A DNA stretch of 64,000 nt from Psilocybe cubensis (GCA_017499595.2 CM039007.1:2542001-2606000); one strand, 5' to 3'; positions 42,530 to 58,440 are shown, numbered from the stretch's first letter. Notes: a model not told the origin generated them from the sequence alone. Made by a program: numbers and translations.

Positions 42530-42998
42530 TAAGCGATGGCCAGGTCACGTTATCGCGTTCATAATCCCCTGGCGGCGGCCTCCATGCCCACTCCCACCAA
42601 TAGGACGGCTCTGCGCTCCCTTGATCGACGCCCGAACAGTAGTCTCTGCATTTTCCGCATCCATTCCCATGGACAAGACCAGCAGCCACTTCTATTGTCA
42701 CCTTCGCCAAATCTGCATGTCGCGCGGCGTGTGTGTTTATGCGTATATGCGCGTGTGCGATGTGCAGAGGGCCATGCATTTGCAGAGTACCAACATCGAG
42801 CAGCGGCACTAGCATGTAGTCCGCTGCTCACTTCCTCCACTCTGAGAGCACTGTTCCGAGTTTGCTAGGCACTTAATGCCGTCAGAATATGAGCATTGGC
42901 TCCGCGACGGCGTTCATGTAGTGGCAAGATGTGCAAGAAGCTGTAGCTTGAAGCCCGCCGTCACTTGGAGGGGTCACATGATTCCCGCTTAAGCAATA

Positions 42999-43385
42999 AT
43001 GGGAGGTGAGTCTCAGCAAGAAATCTTAGGACATTATCTCTACAAATGATTCCTCGGAATCAATGATACTGATATTCCCAAGGGCATTCGCAAGGACTAT
43101 ATCCCGCCACTGTTAGAGCGTATTACTGCAACTCCTTGGTGGGTATTCTTTGCTGAGTCTCTTAAAACTGGCCTCTATTCTAATACCAAACGCTCGCTGT
43201 CTATGATTCATAATATTGCACATAGTCAAGTGGACGTCAAAGGCTTGGGAAACCACATACATCGGGACCATCACATAAATCTCCTCCAAAACCTATGTAA
43301 ATACATTGGCCCCATGCCATACCAAAATACGGCAGCGATTATCCAATCTTCAGGCTTTGGCAAATCGCGCACCTGCGTGAGATAG
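42999..43385 (+). pseudogene. Truncated relic of a QSSGxGKSR-type P-loop NTPase gene
   Basis: KAWETTYIG and YQNTAAIIQSSGFGKSR are in different frames; the reading stops just after Walker A, at a tandem repeat. Confidence 0.55.
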
Positions 43386-43505
43386 GTCAGGTCTAGTGCC
43401 CTTTTGTGCCTACTGTTGCATCATCAGGGGTAGGTCTTCAGAAGATAGGTCAGGTCTAGTGCCCTTTTGTGCCTACTGTTGCATCATCAGGGGTAGGTCT
43501 TCAGA
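43380..43505. repeat. Perfect 63-bp tandem duplication (2 copies)
   Basis: 43380-43442 is identical to 43443-43505 (AGATAGGTCAGGTCTAGTGCCC...GGTCTTCAGA). Confidence 0.95.
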
Positions 43506-44568
43506 CAATCCCCAGGACTGCTGAATCCATTTTGCGCACAATTCACACTTGTGAAGAACTTAGGAAGAATGTATAGTAACGTCGTCGGCAAGGTTAATTA
43601 TCCGGAAGCCTTGTAGCTGTAATGGGAATCTCGTCTGTGCCAATGCTGGGAGATCATGGTCAAGACTCAGCGCTCCCCGGCACACACGACAGTGAACGTC
43701 AAGTGAACGTCGGACGAATATAAGGCGGTCGCGTTCCAGGTACAGGCTTTCGACATTGACTATCAATTTACTGTTAACCGGTAATATTTTTAAACTAGCA
43801 TGTCAATAATTGAATTGCGCACGCCTTGGTGTACGTGCCAATCTTTATTTCTGAACGTAATCTTTATTTATAGGCCTGATAACCATGTATAATTCCATTT
43901 TCATCAGGGTGTTCTAACTTGGCCTGTGAAGCCCGTGACGGTCTGCCCTATCCCCGGAGACCCGAACATTGCACATAGACAGTTCGTGGAATACCAAATT
44001 TTGGCCGTCTCGCTATTCTTTGTCAAGATAGATAGACATGCAACCCTTCTTTGCAACGCAAATGTATCTATTTAGATACAACGTGCTGGCCATTGGATGC
44101 TCTATAGAGTCAAGGAGTCATAAAGGTGACTTATTAGACCGTTAGGGCGGTATGTATTTCGTTTCAACTTTCACCTCGGTAGGCAGAATCGGTTATTTCA
44201 CTTTCAGGAAGACACATCATAATCATTTAGATATTTGACATGCGACTGACTACTATTTGTGTGTCTACCGGAGTACATCTTCTCACCACTTACTTTGGAC
44301 TCAATCGGAGGTTTGAATGCTGGCACCCACAGATGAAGCTAAAATTTTCAGGAATATTTTGATACGCATTCATCGCCATGAACCGTCCTTTCTTGGGATC
44401 GAGAATATTCTCATAGCACAATTCTACTCTTGGATACTGAAACATCATTCAAGCCTAGACATCGTATAAAAGCCGTTTGCTTTTGGACCATATTTCTTTA
44501 GGATACCTGAAGTATTCCCCTTTCCATACTACACATCCATTCAAAGGCTGTATACCCATATACCCAAG

Positions 44569-46309
<1,741 letters not shown>

Positions 46310-46620
46310 TTATTAGTGATGCTTCGAACCGGAATATGTTTATAGATTTATCTCACTTTCGTTCTACCTCTGTAACTAACATTGTAATCACACTCACTTT
46401 GTGCCTTGAAGTAACTGAATATACTATGCTATTGACAAATCGAGAACGCCACTATGCATCTTAGCAAACCCGCAAATGAAGAACGCTGATTGTGGGGACC
46501 CATAGTTTGCAAAGAGCTAATACTATTTACAAGAAGTAGACTGTAATTCGAAAGCGAAAAAAGCAAACACTCAACAGAAGGAATCGAATAAAAATACACT
46601 CAAAAAAACAGGTACATTTA

Positions 46621-49600
46621 TTACATCGTCAGCGTCGTATATCCGAAGTTCGATCCTTCAAGTCCTCGCGCAATCAATGTAAATTGCTGAGCTGCTTCCC
46701 TCGTCCGTTTCAATGAACGGGATCTATTACAGTATTTAATCGCGTCACTCGCAAAATTCCTTGAAGAAAATGACAGAGTAGACGTACCCTGAAACTGCTT
46801 TCATGAATTTGGTCTTTGCATCTGGTCCCGCCTTACTCGGAACGAAGTGTTCCTAGAGAGCACGCAAAATAAATTAGACATGACATAGGCTAAGGTAACA
46901 CGCCTTGACTCACAGACAACAATATCTCTTTCATCCATTGAGGGGCACCACCACCAACTCCACCTTCAGGCCCATTTGCTCTGCTGAGAAGCGTGCCCAG
47001 CATCTCGATAAGGTTTGGCACCGCACTACGAGGCGCCACGCCAGCAAATCCTTCCAAGATGGCCTGCATGATCGCTCGTCCGTGAACTGCCATGAATGCC
47101 GTTTTGTTGGCGATAAGCTCATCTGTCAGTGAAGATCGATGAATAAGCGTCGACTGGCCATTGAAAGAAGGTCGTCAGTGGTGAACAATTTGATTATGAA
47201 TGCTACCCCAACGCACTAGGAAGTTGCAAGCTGAAACCAAAGAATATCGTTCTTGGAGAGTCAGCGCCTTGATTGCACATTGAATGAGGGCGTCAAAAAG
47301 GCCCCGGGGTAAAGCATAAAAAGCGCTTGTAAATTCTGCAGCAGTCTGCAATGTCAATTAGTAAGGTAATGCCAATGAAAGCTGAAGTTGCCATACCTTT
47401 TCCATACATGAGAAGAAGCCTTGGACAATGTCTGGATTCTAAAGGATACTTCAGTAAAGAAATGGTCCAGGTGATGTAGCCACAACAAGAAGCCTTACGC
47501 TTTCCATGGCCCCTTCAGCCCCCAGTCTTGTCAACGCGGTTTCTAAAAGAATAGGTAGCAATCTCTGGATTATCATCTCAGCTTCGGTTGACGGGCCATT
47601 CTTGAGAATGACAGAGTAGATCGGTGGATTTAACTGGGCAATGAGAATGTGTGCGAGAGATAGCCATGCAGCCGTAAGCTGGCGCTGCGCAGCCAAGCAT
47701 ACAAGCTCCAGAAGCGGCCCAGCAGGGAGAGAAATGACAGTGGTGTCCGCTGGTAGCGCAGTGATTGATTTACACAATTCGCTCAACCCCTTAAAAAGAT
47801 GCGTACTAATCAATATATTGTGCTGGGTGATGCGTATTAAGAGCAGGATCGCAGACATACATGAGAAATGTCAGAATGTGCAGACCACAACTCCACAACC
47901 GCCCGGATGGCAGCAAAAATGCTCTCGCGGATTTTTATTGTTCTAGGATCTTCGCGCGCTTGCTTGATGCTTTCAATTTGGGCCTGCACGTCAGGATCCG
48001 AATCATCTTCGAGCACTAAGCCGTCGGAACTCCGAGTTAGGCCCTTTGCTATACCTGCGAGAGTTTCTAGATGGAGAGTAATCGAAAGTTGAGCTTCCTC
48101 AGGATTCTAAAAATAAAGTAAATAGGGGATTAGAAACGGAAAAACAAGATATTTCCTAACCGTGGGTGCTATTTGGAGAGCGTCGAAGATCCGTTGCACA
48201 CTTGGAGCCACAATGGCCTAAAGAGGTCGAGTAAGAATATCATCAAGGTACACACGGCGTTCATAATTCACCTCAATAGAAGGTATTGACTCTAGTGGCG
48301 GAATTGCCTGAATAACACTGGCGATCGATTGAAGAACCTTGCTTTTCTCCGAATCCTAGAAAACATCAATCAGAACGAAAGCATGCAGAAAAAGGAGTAC
48401 GCGATTACAGGAATATTGCCGATATTAGCATGTAGTTCTCCAAATGCCGCGATATGGAGGGCCAACTCTTTTCTGTTTGCCTCGCACAAATTTCGTAGCG
48501 CTGTTGCTGCCGGTAAACTAAGAGTTGGATCAGGCAATGCTGAGACGACATATGACAGGACGGTCAGCAAGAGATTTGGTTGCGCTGACGTAGCCCCTGA
48601 GGTGGCAAACCACGAGGAGTAAGAACCTAACCACCCATTCAGTTCGGTTGTTTGATATACGTTGAAATATATCACTGACCAATAACACCCAGAGCCGTTC
48701 TTCTAACCCTCGACCTCCCTGTTGACGGCAATCTCCCAAATATATCAGGGCTAAATAGTCTGTCAAGATGTGGAACTGTCTCCATGTCAACGGCTTCCTG
48801 TATAGACATTATACAATGAAGCGTAGCTTCAATTTCCTGAACAGAGTTTAACATCGAAACGTGGTGAAAACAGTTTATTTCTACGCACTTGCCATCCATC
48901 ACCTTCTTTGCGTGCTGCTAACCGCTCAGCAACGTCGTTGACATAGTATCCAAGCATATCTTCTCGTAGAACGTAATAGCTGTGTCGGATACCCTTTAGT
49001 GATGAGAATTCTTCGAGACATTGGTGGAACATACGCATTGATCAGAGTATCCCCAACATCTCGTCGGTACCTGCGCAAAGATCTGTTAAACTGTACCGAA
49101 AGGGGTGAGGACGACGGTGACTGACACTTGGAATTTTTCAACTTCATCTAGATGACGAAACTTTCAAGAAATGTTCAATTAACGACAGTGAGTTTAACTC
49201 ACCTCGTGACCAACCACTTCCCGACGGTGGAAACGCGACCTTCCGCCTCAAAACCTTAACAACTTCACTAAACACCGCCTTGGCCATCAGCACTTGCTTG
49301 CTCTCTGCCACATCAGTGTCAGCAGGAGCCGGTGATCTATCATCATCACCGTCTTCGAAGTAGTAGTCGGTGCTCCACAATGCTTCCTGGAACAGGTACC
49401 AGAACCCTAGGGTCAATTCGCTCTCTTCTTCGTCGACGCCATAATGCCCTGGAAGGGCAGTAAATGCCAGCAGAAGACTAAGGAAGCTTTGTGTAAGTTG
49501 GCCTTTGGTTGTTGGCGGCGTCGTAGGGCCAGTAGAAACAGGACTGGAGGAGGCGATGTTGGTTGCGATGTATGACGTCGAGTGGTCTCCGAGTGCGACG

Positions 49601-50795
49601 ACTAGCTTGCACAAGGAATGCGAAACTGGGAGAATGTCCTCGTCGGCGAGTATCGCTTCCATGATTTGACGACCGACAGTGTCCATCCATATCATGAGCG
49701 GTTCTGTCAGAGTCTTAGACCCTGACCCGTCAGATAACGGTGATTTCGTGGTGATTTCTTGCAACGCGTCTGACGCCCCGATAAAGATTTCAGGAAATTT
49801 TGGGTCGAGTAGCTGTATAAGGATAGGGATGAGGGGTGTTAGATGGCTGTCAAATCGTCAGTCTTTAAATGCTGGTCTTACGACAGACAAAGAGCTCACT
49901 TTGCGTTGATATGACCTAACCATGCCTGTAAACATCGAAGTGCAGAAAGATAGTGTTGGGTAGGTATAGAACCCAGAGGCTGAGTAATTGTGTTTGTGAT
50001 GGCTTGAACAATCATTGGAACAGCTTCCGACATAACTCTAAGGATGTCATCTCTACCGCACCGTTTGAAACTATTAGCTTGCACCGAGGGAAGAGTAGAC
50101 ACACCTTTGAGGTTTCAGGAGATCGGCATTACCCATTTCCTCTGCAGTGATGGCCAAAAAATCGTGAAGATATTCAACAGATGCACCTTGATTGGAGAAT
50201 GCAGTTATACACGACATAATCCAGTCCGGCCATTGTGAATGGCGCCCTGGGACTAGCCTAATTGCCAGAGAGTTGATCTGGAAAGACAGTAAGGAATGGG
50301 GGGTGATATTACAATTAAGCGGCGTACTGCAACAAAAAGTTTACGCAGGATAAACTTGCTCCTTCCTATAGCTATCGAATGTGCGGTCAACTGCACGATG
50401 AGATCACGAAGAGCCTCTATATGTTCATTTGGGAACATTGCCCTGTGTTGTGCATTAGTAAAGTTCACGGACCTTGAGGACGGACGTACCAGTCTCTCGC
50501 AATCTTGACTTGGGCGGTATGGGCGCCATAAAACTGAACATTTTGATCTTGATGATTCAGAAGAGGTACCACCAGTCCCCATGCTTCAGGTCGCTTTTGA
50601 AGCTCGAAAAGGTCTTGTTGAAGACGTTTGAGTTCTTCTGGAACCACTGGTCCCGATGGAGAATACGCTTGCTGAATCAACTGGCATGGTGTGAGACGAT
50701 GACAGATATGGCGTTGCACAGGCTGACTGACTGACTTGTGCGGCGTGCTCGATGTCAAACTGAGATAGTGAAGGGAGAAAATCGGAGCTCGCCAT
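46621..50795 (-). CDS. Importin-beta family karyopherin (importin-13/transportin-SR-like), many exons
   Basis: N-terminal LQKRPEAWGLVVPLL...NVQFYGAHTAQVKIARDW, TLGFWYLFQEAL, RYRRDVGDTL, AATALRNLCE, and C-terminal ARGLEGSNFGYTTLTM*. Confidence 0.85.
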
Positions 50796-50959
50796 TGTCT
50801 TTAGCGACGACGAAACAAATTAAGGTGTAAGACTGCGGTTATTGGTCGTCGTGTTGATCGAGTGGCACCCTGTGACCGTGAGGAACGGATTTAAAATCCA
50901 GCCATCACAGTTGAACCAGATAATCATAGTTGACTAGGTTCTCTTTCCAACACACTGTC

Positions 50960-51920
50960 ACGACAATCCAGGCTCGGTTTCCGGAACCAAACCGTATATG
51001 CGAAGATAAGAGTGCTGGCCAAGGTGGAGACTCCTCCTTTGAATGTACATTCCTCGCCTCACTTCGCCAGTCACTGCGGTGTTTCTGTCGTAGTCCATGT
51101 GGAAGTTTCTGGACCCTTTCATCCGATGTATTCAAGGACTGTCGTCTTAGGTGCCGTCTGTATCAACCATGGGCAGGCGAAAATCACAGATTCATTAACG
51201 ACATACACTTCAAAGTTTACACGCCAGCGCTGAAATGGAATCAAGCGGCGCGGTATCGAAATATTGGAGGATCATCAAATCCCCTCCGTAGCAACTGGAC
51301 ACTATCGATCCACAGCAAAATTATACTCTATGGTCTATGTTTCTTTTGGGGAAATGACATGGCACGCAAAGAACCAATGGCCCTTGGTGATTCGGATAAA
51401 ATTCTGCTCACATACTTATTTGACTGCCTTCAAGAAAGGTAAATCGTTGAGAAAATTAAGGCCCATCTCATCATTTGGGTCTGCAGGGCTGTAAAAACTG
51501 TCAATTTCTGGCCTCAGACGTTGATGATACTCCGGTTCTCGAAAAAAAAAGTAAAAGAGATTGGCTGATTTCGTAACTGATACCGCGACAATTGCTAAAA
51601 CTGCGCTGGATTCTACCTTGGATATCTTCGTCTTGGGAGGCTCAGACTCAAACTGGAACATATCAAATTTAGAACAAATAATAGCTTGGCAGTACACCAC
51701 TGGGTAGTAGAATAAATCTCTCATCAGGACGGATTCATCGAGCGCCGTGCGTCTTTTTGCTTGTTCTATACCAAACTGTCCCAATGCACGCGGAGCACTT
51801 CCAGTAAACGGCACAGCGTGCAAAGTCCTTGTTAACCATGGTATGCTCTGAGCGAGGTTGGGAAGACTTTCATCAAAGGGACAATTAGAATATGTTCCAT
51901 TATCGACGAGCCATTGTTGC
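50960..51920 (-). pseudogene. Degenerate cytochrome P450 fragment
   Basis: I/J-helix-like AVLAIVAVS...YHQRLRPEIDSF...LNDLPFLKAV, plus a downstream FGSGNRAW that resembles a heme loop lacking its Cys. No intact N-terminus or continuous frame. Confidence 0.5.
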
Positions 51921-52538
51921 GTAGTTCTTTAAGTTTGTTGACCAGTTGCTCGGCGCGATCAGTAAGATTCCCTTCATATTGGGCATATCTGCCTGTTTAA
52001 AACCACGGTCCCATGATTGTCGCAGGTCTGCGTGATCGTGAACGTGGTCGTGTATTAAAACTCTTTTATTCAAATATAATTACTATTTCCAAGGTGTTAT
52101 ATATGGGCACTGGGATATAGTGTACATGAGCCTATCCTACTCAAGGCGTCTAATTAAGTAACAAGAGAGACGACGTAACCCCAAAAATTACGCACGATCG
52201 GTTGCTGGCGCTTGTTGTCAATTGACGATACCATGGTGGGCCCTTGCGTAAGTTGCCCACGACCAAGTCAGGTTGGAAGAGACCAATGGTTCTGTTATGG
52301 CCACACATAAAATCCTAAAGTGGATGTAAAAACGAGCGCTTTAGTCGTAAATAAATAAACTCCGCATTGGCCTCAAGTATAGTTCGTAAAACCAAGGAAA
52401 CCAAGTCACCACTCAAGGTCAAAGCGGGCACATCTTCCGAATGCATAAATAGCTGGCTGTGTTGTGAACTTTTTTTCCATTGCCCCGCAATCATATTCTC
52501 TCTAAATCCTTCCTACACTTGATCAACATTCTTCAGGC

Positions 52539-53206
52539 ATGAAGACCTCTGATTTTTTTATCACTATAACTGACAAAAATAATGCTGCACAAGAGTACTT
52601 ATCTCTCCCTGTCGGTTTGGATCCTAAGGCTCTTTTAAAACAAGTTAACCCCTGGGATGAGAAGGGAGAAATTCTCGCCTTAAAACTTGCATACACAACC
52701 AAAACCCATCCCAAACCAGAGCTTAAAATTTCAAACGCGACCAAAAGGATGATTTATTATGCCCAAAATCGACTCAGAGATGGTAAATTCTCTTTTGTTA
52801 TTCAAGTGAGCGCAAACACTTCTTCATGTGCCGAGTTCCCGAAACTAATGTTGATTTTGATCATGTCACAGTGGCCAGGTTATGCGGATCATAAAATTTC
52901 ATTCTCGAGGTCGGAGACACCCGAAAACATCATCTGGAAATGTGCAGATCAACTCCGTCAGTTCGTTCAGGTGAGAAGGTCAATCCATTTATAAAAGTAT
53001 CTCTATTAAATGACTGTGATTTATTGATGATGAAGGGTAATACTCAACACAACGGCGGGGATCTAGCCTTCAGCATCCCCAAATACGGGATCCTTCCTAT
53101 CGAAGTCTACTTCGGAGGCTTTGTAGTAAACGCGGGTCAAATCTGTCTCGCCATTTACTGTCCCAAAATCATGGAGGAAAAGCGGAAGAAGATTGCGAGT
53201 ATGTAG
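52539..53206 (+). CDS. Uncharacterised protein (about 178 aa, 3 exons) with an IQ|WPGY motif, possibly DUF6741-like
   Basis: Two GT-AG introns join the ORF pieces in frame; CATAAATA lies upstream. The family assignment is from memory of the WPGY motif only. Confidence 0.6.
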
Positions 53207-55509
53207 CGTCAGTCAGAGTACTCAAGTATGAGTCCCCTGATGGACCGCCGTATTACTCATGGCGTAGAATCACACTTAGACGTCAACCATCCTTCAAGTC
53301 AAATCCTGTGTCATAATTTCTTTCATGGTTGTCTGAATGTATACCGTGCACAACTCTTTTAATATAGTACGCTGAATATATTTCACGGTTGTCTGATTTT
53401 GGTTGTATTCCATTTGAAAAACCTTTCCCCTCATTCTACATCAACAAAATGTGGACAGTTAAAAGTCAGTACTCAGTTTTGGCCCACATAATCCCTGATC
53501 TATAACCCACCGATTATGCATTGAACTTGATCCAACTCTCAATTTGGAACATTTGCATGGGAGTCTCAGTAATAGTGTCCTGACAATTTTCCGCGATCTG
53601 CGTGGTTTGTTTTGCGTAAGCGCCCAAACGCGGGTTCATTCACGCGGCATAAAAAATACAGCGCAGATCAAAACGGATTGTTTAAAACTTCTGAAAATTT
53701 TTACTTCTCGCATCGCCTATTTCCTATGACAGAAAAACTGAAAACGTCATCAAAAACCTCCTGCTGACGCCCTTGTTCAATATGTTGTCCCATGTAGTAC
53801 AGGTCAGCATAACAACACAATGAAGATGATATTAGTGGCCTCTGTCCAATTAGTTTGGATGTAGATGTTTCGCCATTGATCTTCAACTGCTCTTCAACGA
53901 GGTCATTAGACACCTCCCCATGAGAAAAACAGCATGCGACGGACTCCTATATAGTTGTACGTGCGCGTGAGTACTAAAGTAGCCTTTATTCTCGCCTCTT
54001 TTTTGACACGTATCCTTGTTATTTTTTCAAAGTCGTATCATAAACTTAGATAATTTCGTTTTTACCTCCATTACGTTGGCAGAACCTTGAAATACACCCA
54101 TAGTAATTGCAGACGGCGACCTGCGCCGCAGCAATGGAACGTGTCAGAGGTTTCGACAGGGATATCCGTGAACCTCCGAATGCATGTACCCCTCTCATTT
54201 TTATCCTCTAAAACCTTAAGACCTAGAAAGCAGGTGTACATGTACTGTCGCATTTATTGCCAATTGCACCAAAACTGCATCAAGTACCGCCTCAATTATG
54301 GCGCCGCTGAAAATCGAGGGACAATGACGGGACATTGTATTTTTAATCTCATCACAAAGCCACGGCTCAGTTTATTGATTGACTAAGGAGAAAATTCATA
54401 CGTATACGGAATCGTAGCTGTTTATGAAAAAATGCTTCCCCAGATGATGCAATCAAGCTTACGTTTCTATGTTCTTGAGAGGGCTTTCAGCAGGAATTTT
54501 GTATTATGGTCTAAAATTAGCTTGTACTCAAAATAATCGCTTAAAGATTAACGTTACCACAACTATCAACGTAAAACTAGCACTTTTTTCTTTGCGACAG
54601 AATCCTTTTATTAATATGCTAAAACTACGGGTGAGCTGTAACGTTTCTTAATTTTTTCTGCTGTAAATTTACCCATTTTCACGTACAAAACCTGTATATA
54701 CGAAGTTATTTATCGTTCGACTTTATACATGCATACATACATGATACGTCGGAATTTTTGCACCGCTTTAAGGTTCGGTTGTAGCCAAGCGTCTCCTCAA
54801 GTCACCCCGTCGGTTAGGTTTGATAGTGTTTCGAAAAGCAACACTGCGTGCCTCGGGATTCGCGGAACGAGAGTTGAATGAAGTACCCCCGAACGGACTC
54901 AACGAATGATGAGTACAGGCAGGATACTACTAGAGAATCAATATTGCCATCAAGTTTCCTAAAGAGAATCGATACATGTGGTAGTAGATTACTCCCCCAG
55001 ACGCTGGAGTCGGTATCTACTTGATAACTGCCTTGCTTGGCAACCCATAAGTAGGTACTAAGCAATCATTGTCAGTCATCATGCCCCACAGTAAACCCGA
55101 CAATTGCAAAGATATACTATAAGAAATCCGACAGGTAGTCTACAATTTCGCACTATCGCTTTCACTAAAGGTTGTACGTCCTCATGTTAATCGCTACCGT
55201 TCTGCTCTAAGTTTTACACTCTATTCAAAATGATGTCCGTATGTAACCGCACAAAAATTCATGGAAGTTACAATCGGAGGCTTGTGGTTGGCTAAAGCCA
55301 CAAGGCAACATCCGGTTTCTACATATATTCGACAACCCCAAATAAGCGTTTCTTTCAGCAACATAAGTATGTGCCAATTCTCCGATGTAGGTCGATCGCC
55401 GAGAATGCCAGATGGCCGCCCACTTAGATCTCACCCCAAACGCTAGTCTGAGGGCTTATAAAAGAAACTTTTGTTTTTTTGTCTTCATCTTCAATCCTAA
55501 CCCCTCACC

Positions 55510-57537
55510 ATGGCGCTGAAGGAGGTTATTCTAGAGCTTCCCATCATACGCGTTCTCTCTTCCTCTCAGCAACTTAATGTTTTAGCCTCAGTGACCTCTG
55601 TTGGCCTGATACTGGTGTCATATGTGGTCTACAACTCCATAACGTCTTCGAAGCCAGGCTCAATTCGCCGACTTGGAGGATTCCCTGTCTTCACAGCTTG
55701 GACCTTCTTCACCAAAAGATACGATTTCGTCCGAAGCAACTTCAGTGGTTCCGATCCTCACTTCAAGTTTAAGGTCCTTCACGTAAGTGAACTTTCTTTT
55801 CTGCGTGGCATGCCTATAAATACATCCAATTTAAGCACGACGTCGTTGCGTTCCGTGGCGAAGAAGCCCGAAAGACTTTCTTCGATACAAAAAGTTTAGA
55901 TTTTATTGAAGGGTATAAGATCCTTATGGGAGCCGTAAGCATACGCCGCCTCCTTCCCAAATGTCTGGTGTTAATGTATCGGCCATCATATTATGCGTTA
56001 CCAGGCGCCGAGCTTAAAAGATATTCAAGTGGAGGAAAATACACAAGGAGACGTGTCATGGTTCAACAAGCAAATTGCAATCCTTCTGAACAAGAACAGG
56101 CTGACCGATGGTGGGTAGGCTATCCTTGACTACTTGGTCATAACCATTAACGTACTTTCAGCCCTACCTTTTTTGCTCAATGACGTTAACAACCGTATGG
56201 AATCTTGGGGCAAGAGCGCCAGGATTGACCCTTTCAAGCACATCTATGATGTACGTACTCATTCTCTCCGTTTAAGTCACGACGTGTCCAATGACACGAT
56301 CACTGTTCATCTTCTCTGTCTAGCTTGTGTTCCAAATGACTGTCCGAATGGCATCGTGTGATGAGCTAGCCAAAGACGTGAAGACCATCTCTGAGCTCCA
56401 AAGTCTGTATTGGACACTAGAAAAAAGTGCTACCCCTACAGCCCTTTTGTTGCCTTGGTTCCCTAGTCCGGCAAAAAAGAGAAAGGAAGTTGCGACTAAG
56501 GAGCTATTTATGAAGCTTTATGGATTTGTCGAGGCCCGCAGACATGCAACCGTCCCCTCCACGGATGCTATCGATGTGCTGCTAGGCCAGGGAATGGACA
56601 CCCCAAATATTGTCCAGGTACGCCCTATTACCTGTCTGGCCTATTTCGAAGAACATTTTTACTGATGTCGAGTACTTCCAGTTCGTTCTTAGTGTCATCT
56701 TCGCCGGAGTTATCAATACAGGTATTAACTGTGAGTACAAAACCATTGGTATATACCAACGAAGAAGTTGTTTTGATTTCGTCGTCTTCCTCAAGCTTGC
56801 TGGGCAATTGTGTACCTTGCTTCCCATCCTGAGTGGAAGGCTAAAGTCAAGGCTGAGATTAATTCTTTAATCGAGAAACACACCAACACTGTGTCCACCG
56901 AGCCCCTTCATAAGCGCCTTGCTGCCATCCCCATCTCCGCGTGGGACGATGAGCTGCCGGTACTGGAACTTGTCATCCGTGAAACTCTCCGACTTGCTAT
57001 TTCTGGAACTGCCCTTCGCCGAAATTTGATTGAAGAGCTTACTATCGCTAATGGTCAAGTCAAGAAAGGAGATTTCGTCGCATATTCTCTTGCCGATGTT
57101 CACTTGAACCCAGACATCTACGAACAACCCGAGAAGTTCGACCCTTCTCGCTTCGAAGCAGGCCGAGAGGAAGACAAGAAAGGAACGTTCTCATTCCTCG
57201 GATGGGGTGCCGGTGCGTTTCAAGTTTTGTTTAAGATGGATGACAAGTGTGTATTTACTTGTGTGCATCCACAGGTCGTCACCCCTGCTCCGGAATGAAG
57301 ATTGCCAAACTCGAAATCAAAGTCATCATGGCTATGATGCTTGCCGGATTTGACTTCGATATCGTCGACAAGAATGGCAAACCTTTGAAGGAACTCCCAC
57401 AACCCGACCGGAACGATATTCATCAGGTAAAAACCCTTAGTCTGGTTGTTGCGTTCATGTTTACTGACGAGTTCTATTTATAGGCCAGGCCCCTAGGGGA
57501 GCCATGCTTCCTTCAGGTCGAGCGTATCGCTGAGTAA
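55510..57537 (+). CDS. Cytochrome P450
   Basis: N-terminal TM segment, I-helix FAGVINT, K-helix IRETLR, FDPSRF and heme motif WGAG|RHPCSG; TATAAAA at about 55458. Confidence 0.93.
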
Positions 57538-57822
57538 TTTTGTAACATTATGCATTATATACCTACCCCTCTGTTTTGTACATGGTTAATGTCTACTGCT
57601 TAGTTTTATTTGCCTATAGAGGTGTGGCGCACATATGTTACAGGCCTGGGCGCTTGATGATTCAATCAAAGGCGGTTCCCCCGCATCGGCACATCCGGAT
57701 TCCAATGGGACAGGATCTGCAGATTTGCGTGATCAGAGTATTAATTATGCAGCAGCATTGAGTAATGCATTACATGTAAACACCAACAGTAGTCGTGTAA
57801 GTTTAGCTATGTCGGGGATCCA

Positions 57823-58440
57823 TTATGCGGTGTTTGAACTTGTGGCAGGTCCCTGAGTGGAGACCTGGTTCAATGCCATTACCCTTCTACCGTCAAAGAA
57901 ACCACGAAATGGGGATGGCGGGGGTTTTGGTACATCGGGGTCTTGAGCGATGCTGGAAAGTGTGTCTAACAGTCAGACGAGCCATCTCACGGATATGATT
58001 CGGACGCACACAACGTTCACAGATGCAGTGACCTGTCTCGAAACGGAGACATCTCTGATCTTGATATTCTCGAAGATAGTAGCGTTGTAGAATACGCCCA
58101 CAGATCCAGCCTGCATGACGATGGCGGTATTTGAGTACCATGGATAGTGAGCGATTGATTATGAAAGGCGTACATCGAATGGTTGATCAGGATCAGTAGG
58201 GGCCTGAACAGCACCCAAAAAGTTGACATCCGCAGAAACCTCGCGGAACTTCTCCGCCTGTAACTGGCCAACGTAGTCTGCGCGAGAGATCTGCTTGCCG
58301 TTAAATGTAATCACCGCTTTGTCTGACAAGAAGCCATCGAGAGCGCTTGTGAGATCCGCGTTGGTCTTTGCTTGGAAGATACTGGTGATGTGTTGCTCAG
58401 TCCATTCAGTGAGGGTAGGGAGGACAATTGCAGTTGACAT
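57823..58440 (-). CDS. Small uncharacterised protein (3 exons), possibly NTF2/SnoaL-like fold
   Basis: Spliced MSTAIVLPTLTEWTEQHITSIF...FLSDKAVITFNGKQISRADY...AGSVGVFYNATI...DGRRVMALNQV...TA*; TATAAAT about 75 nt upstream. The fold is an inference. Confidence 0.7.

Noticed and set aside
53595-53669. 8-bp inverted repeat GATCTGCG/CGCAGATC
   Set aside because: Too short to separate from chance; no target-site duplication or second copy.
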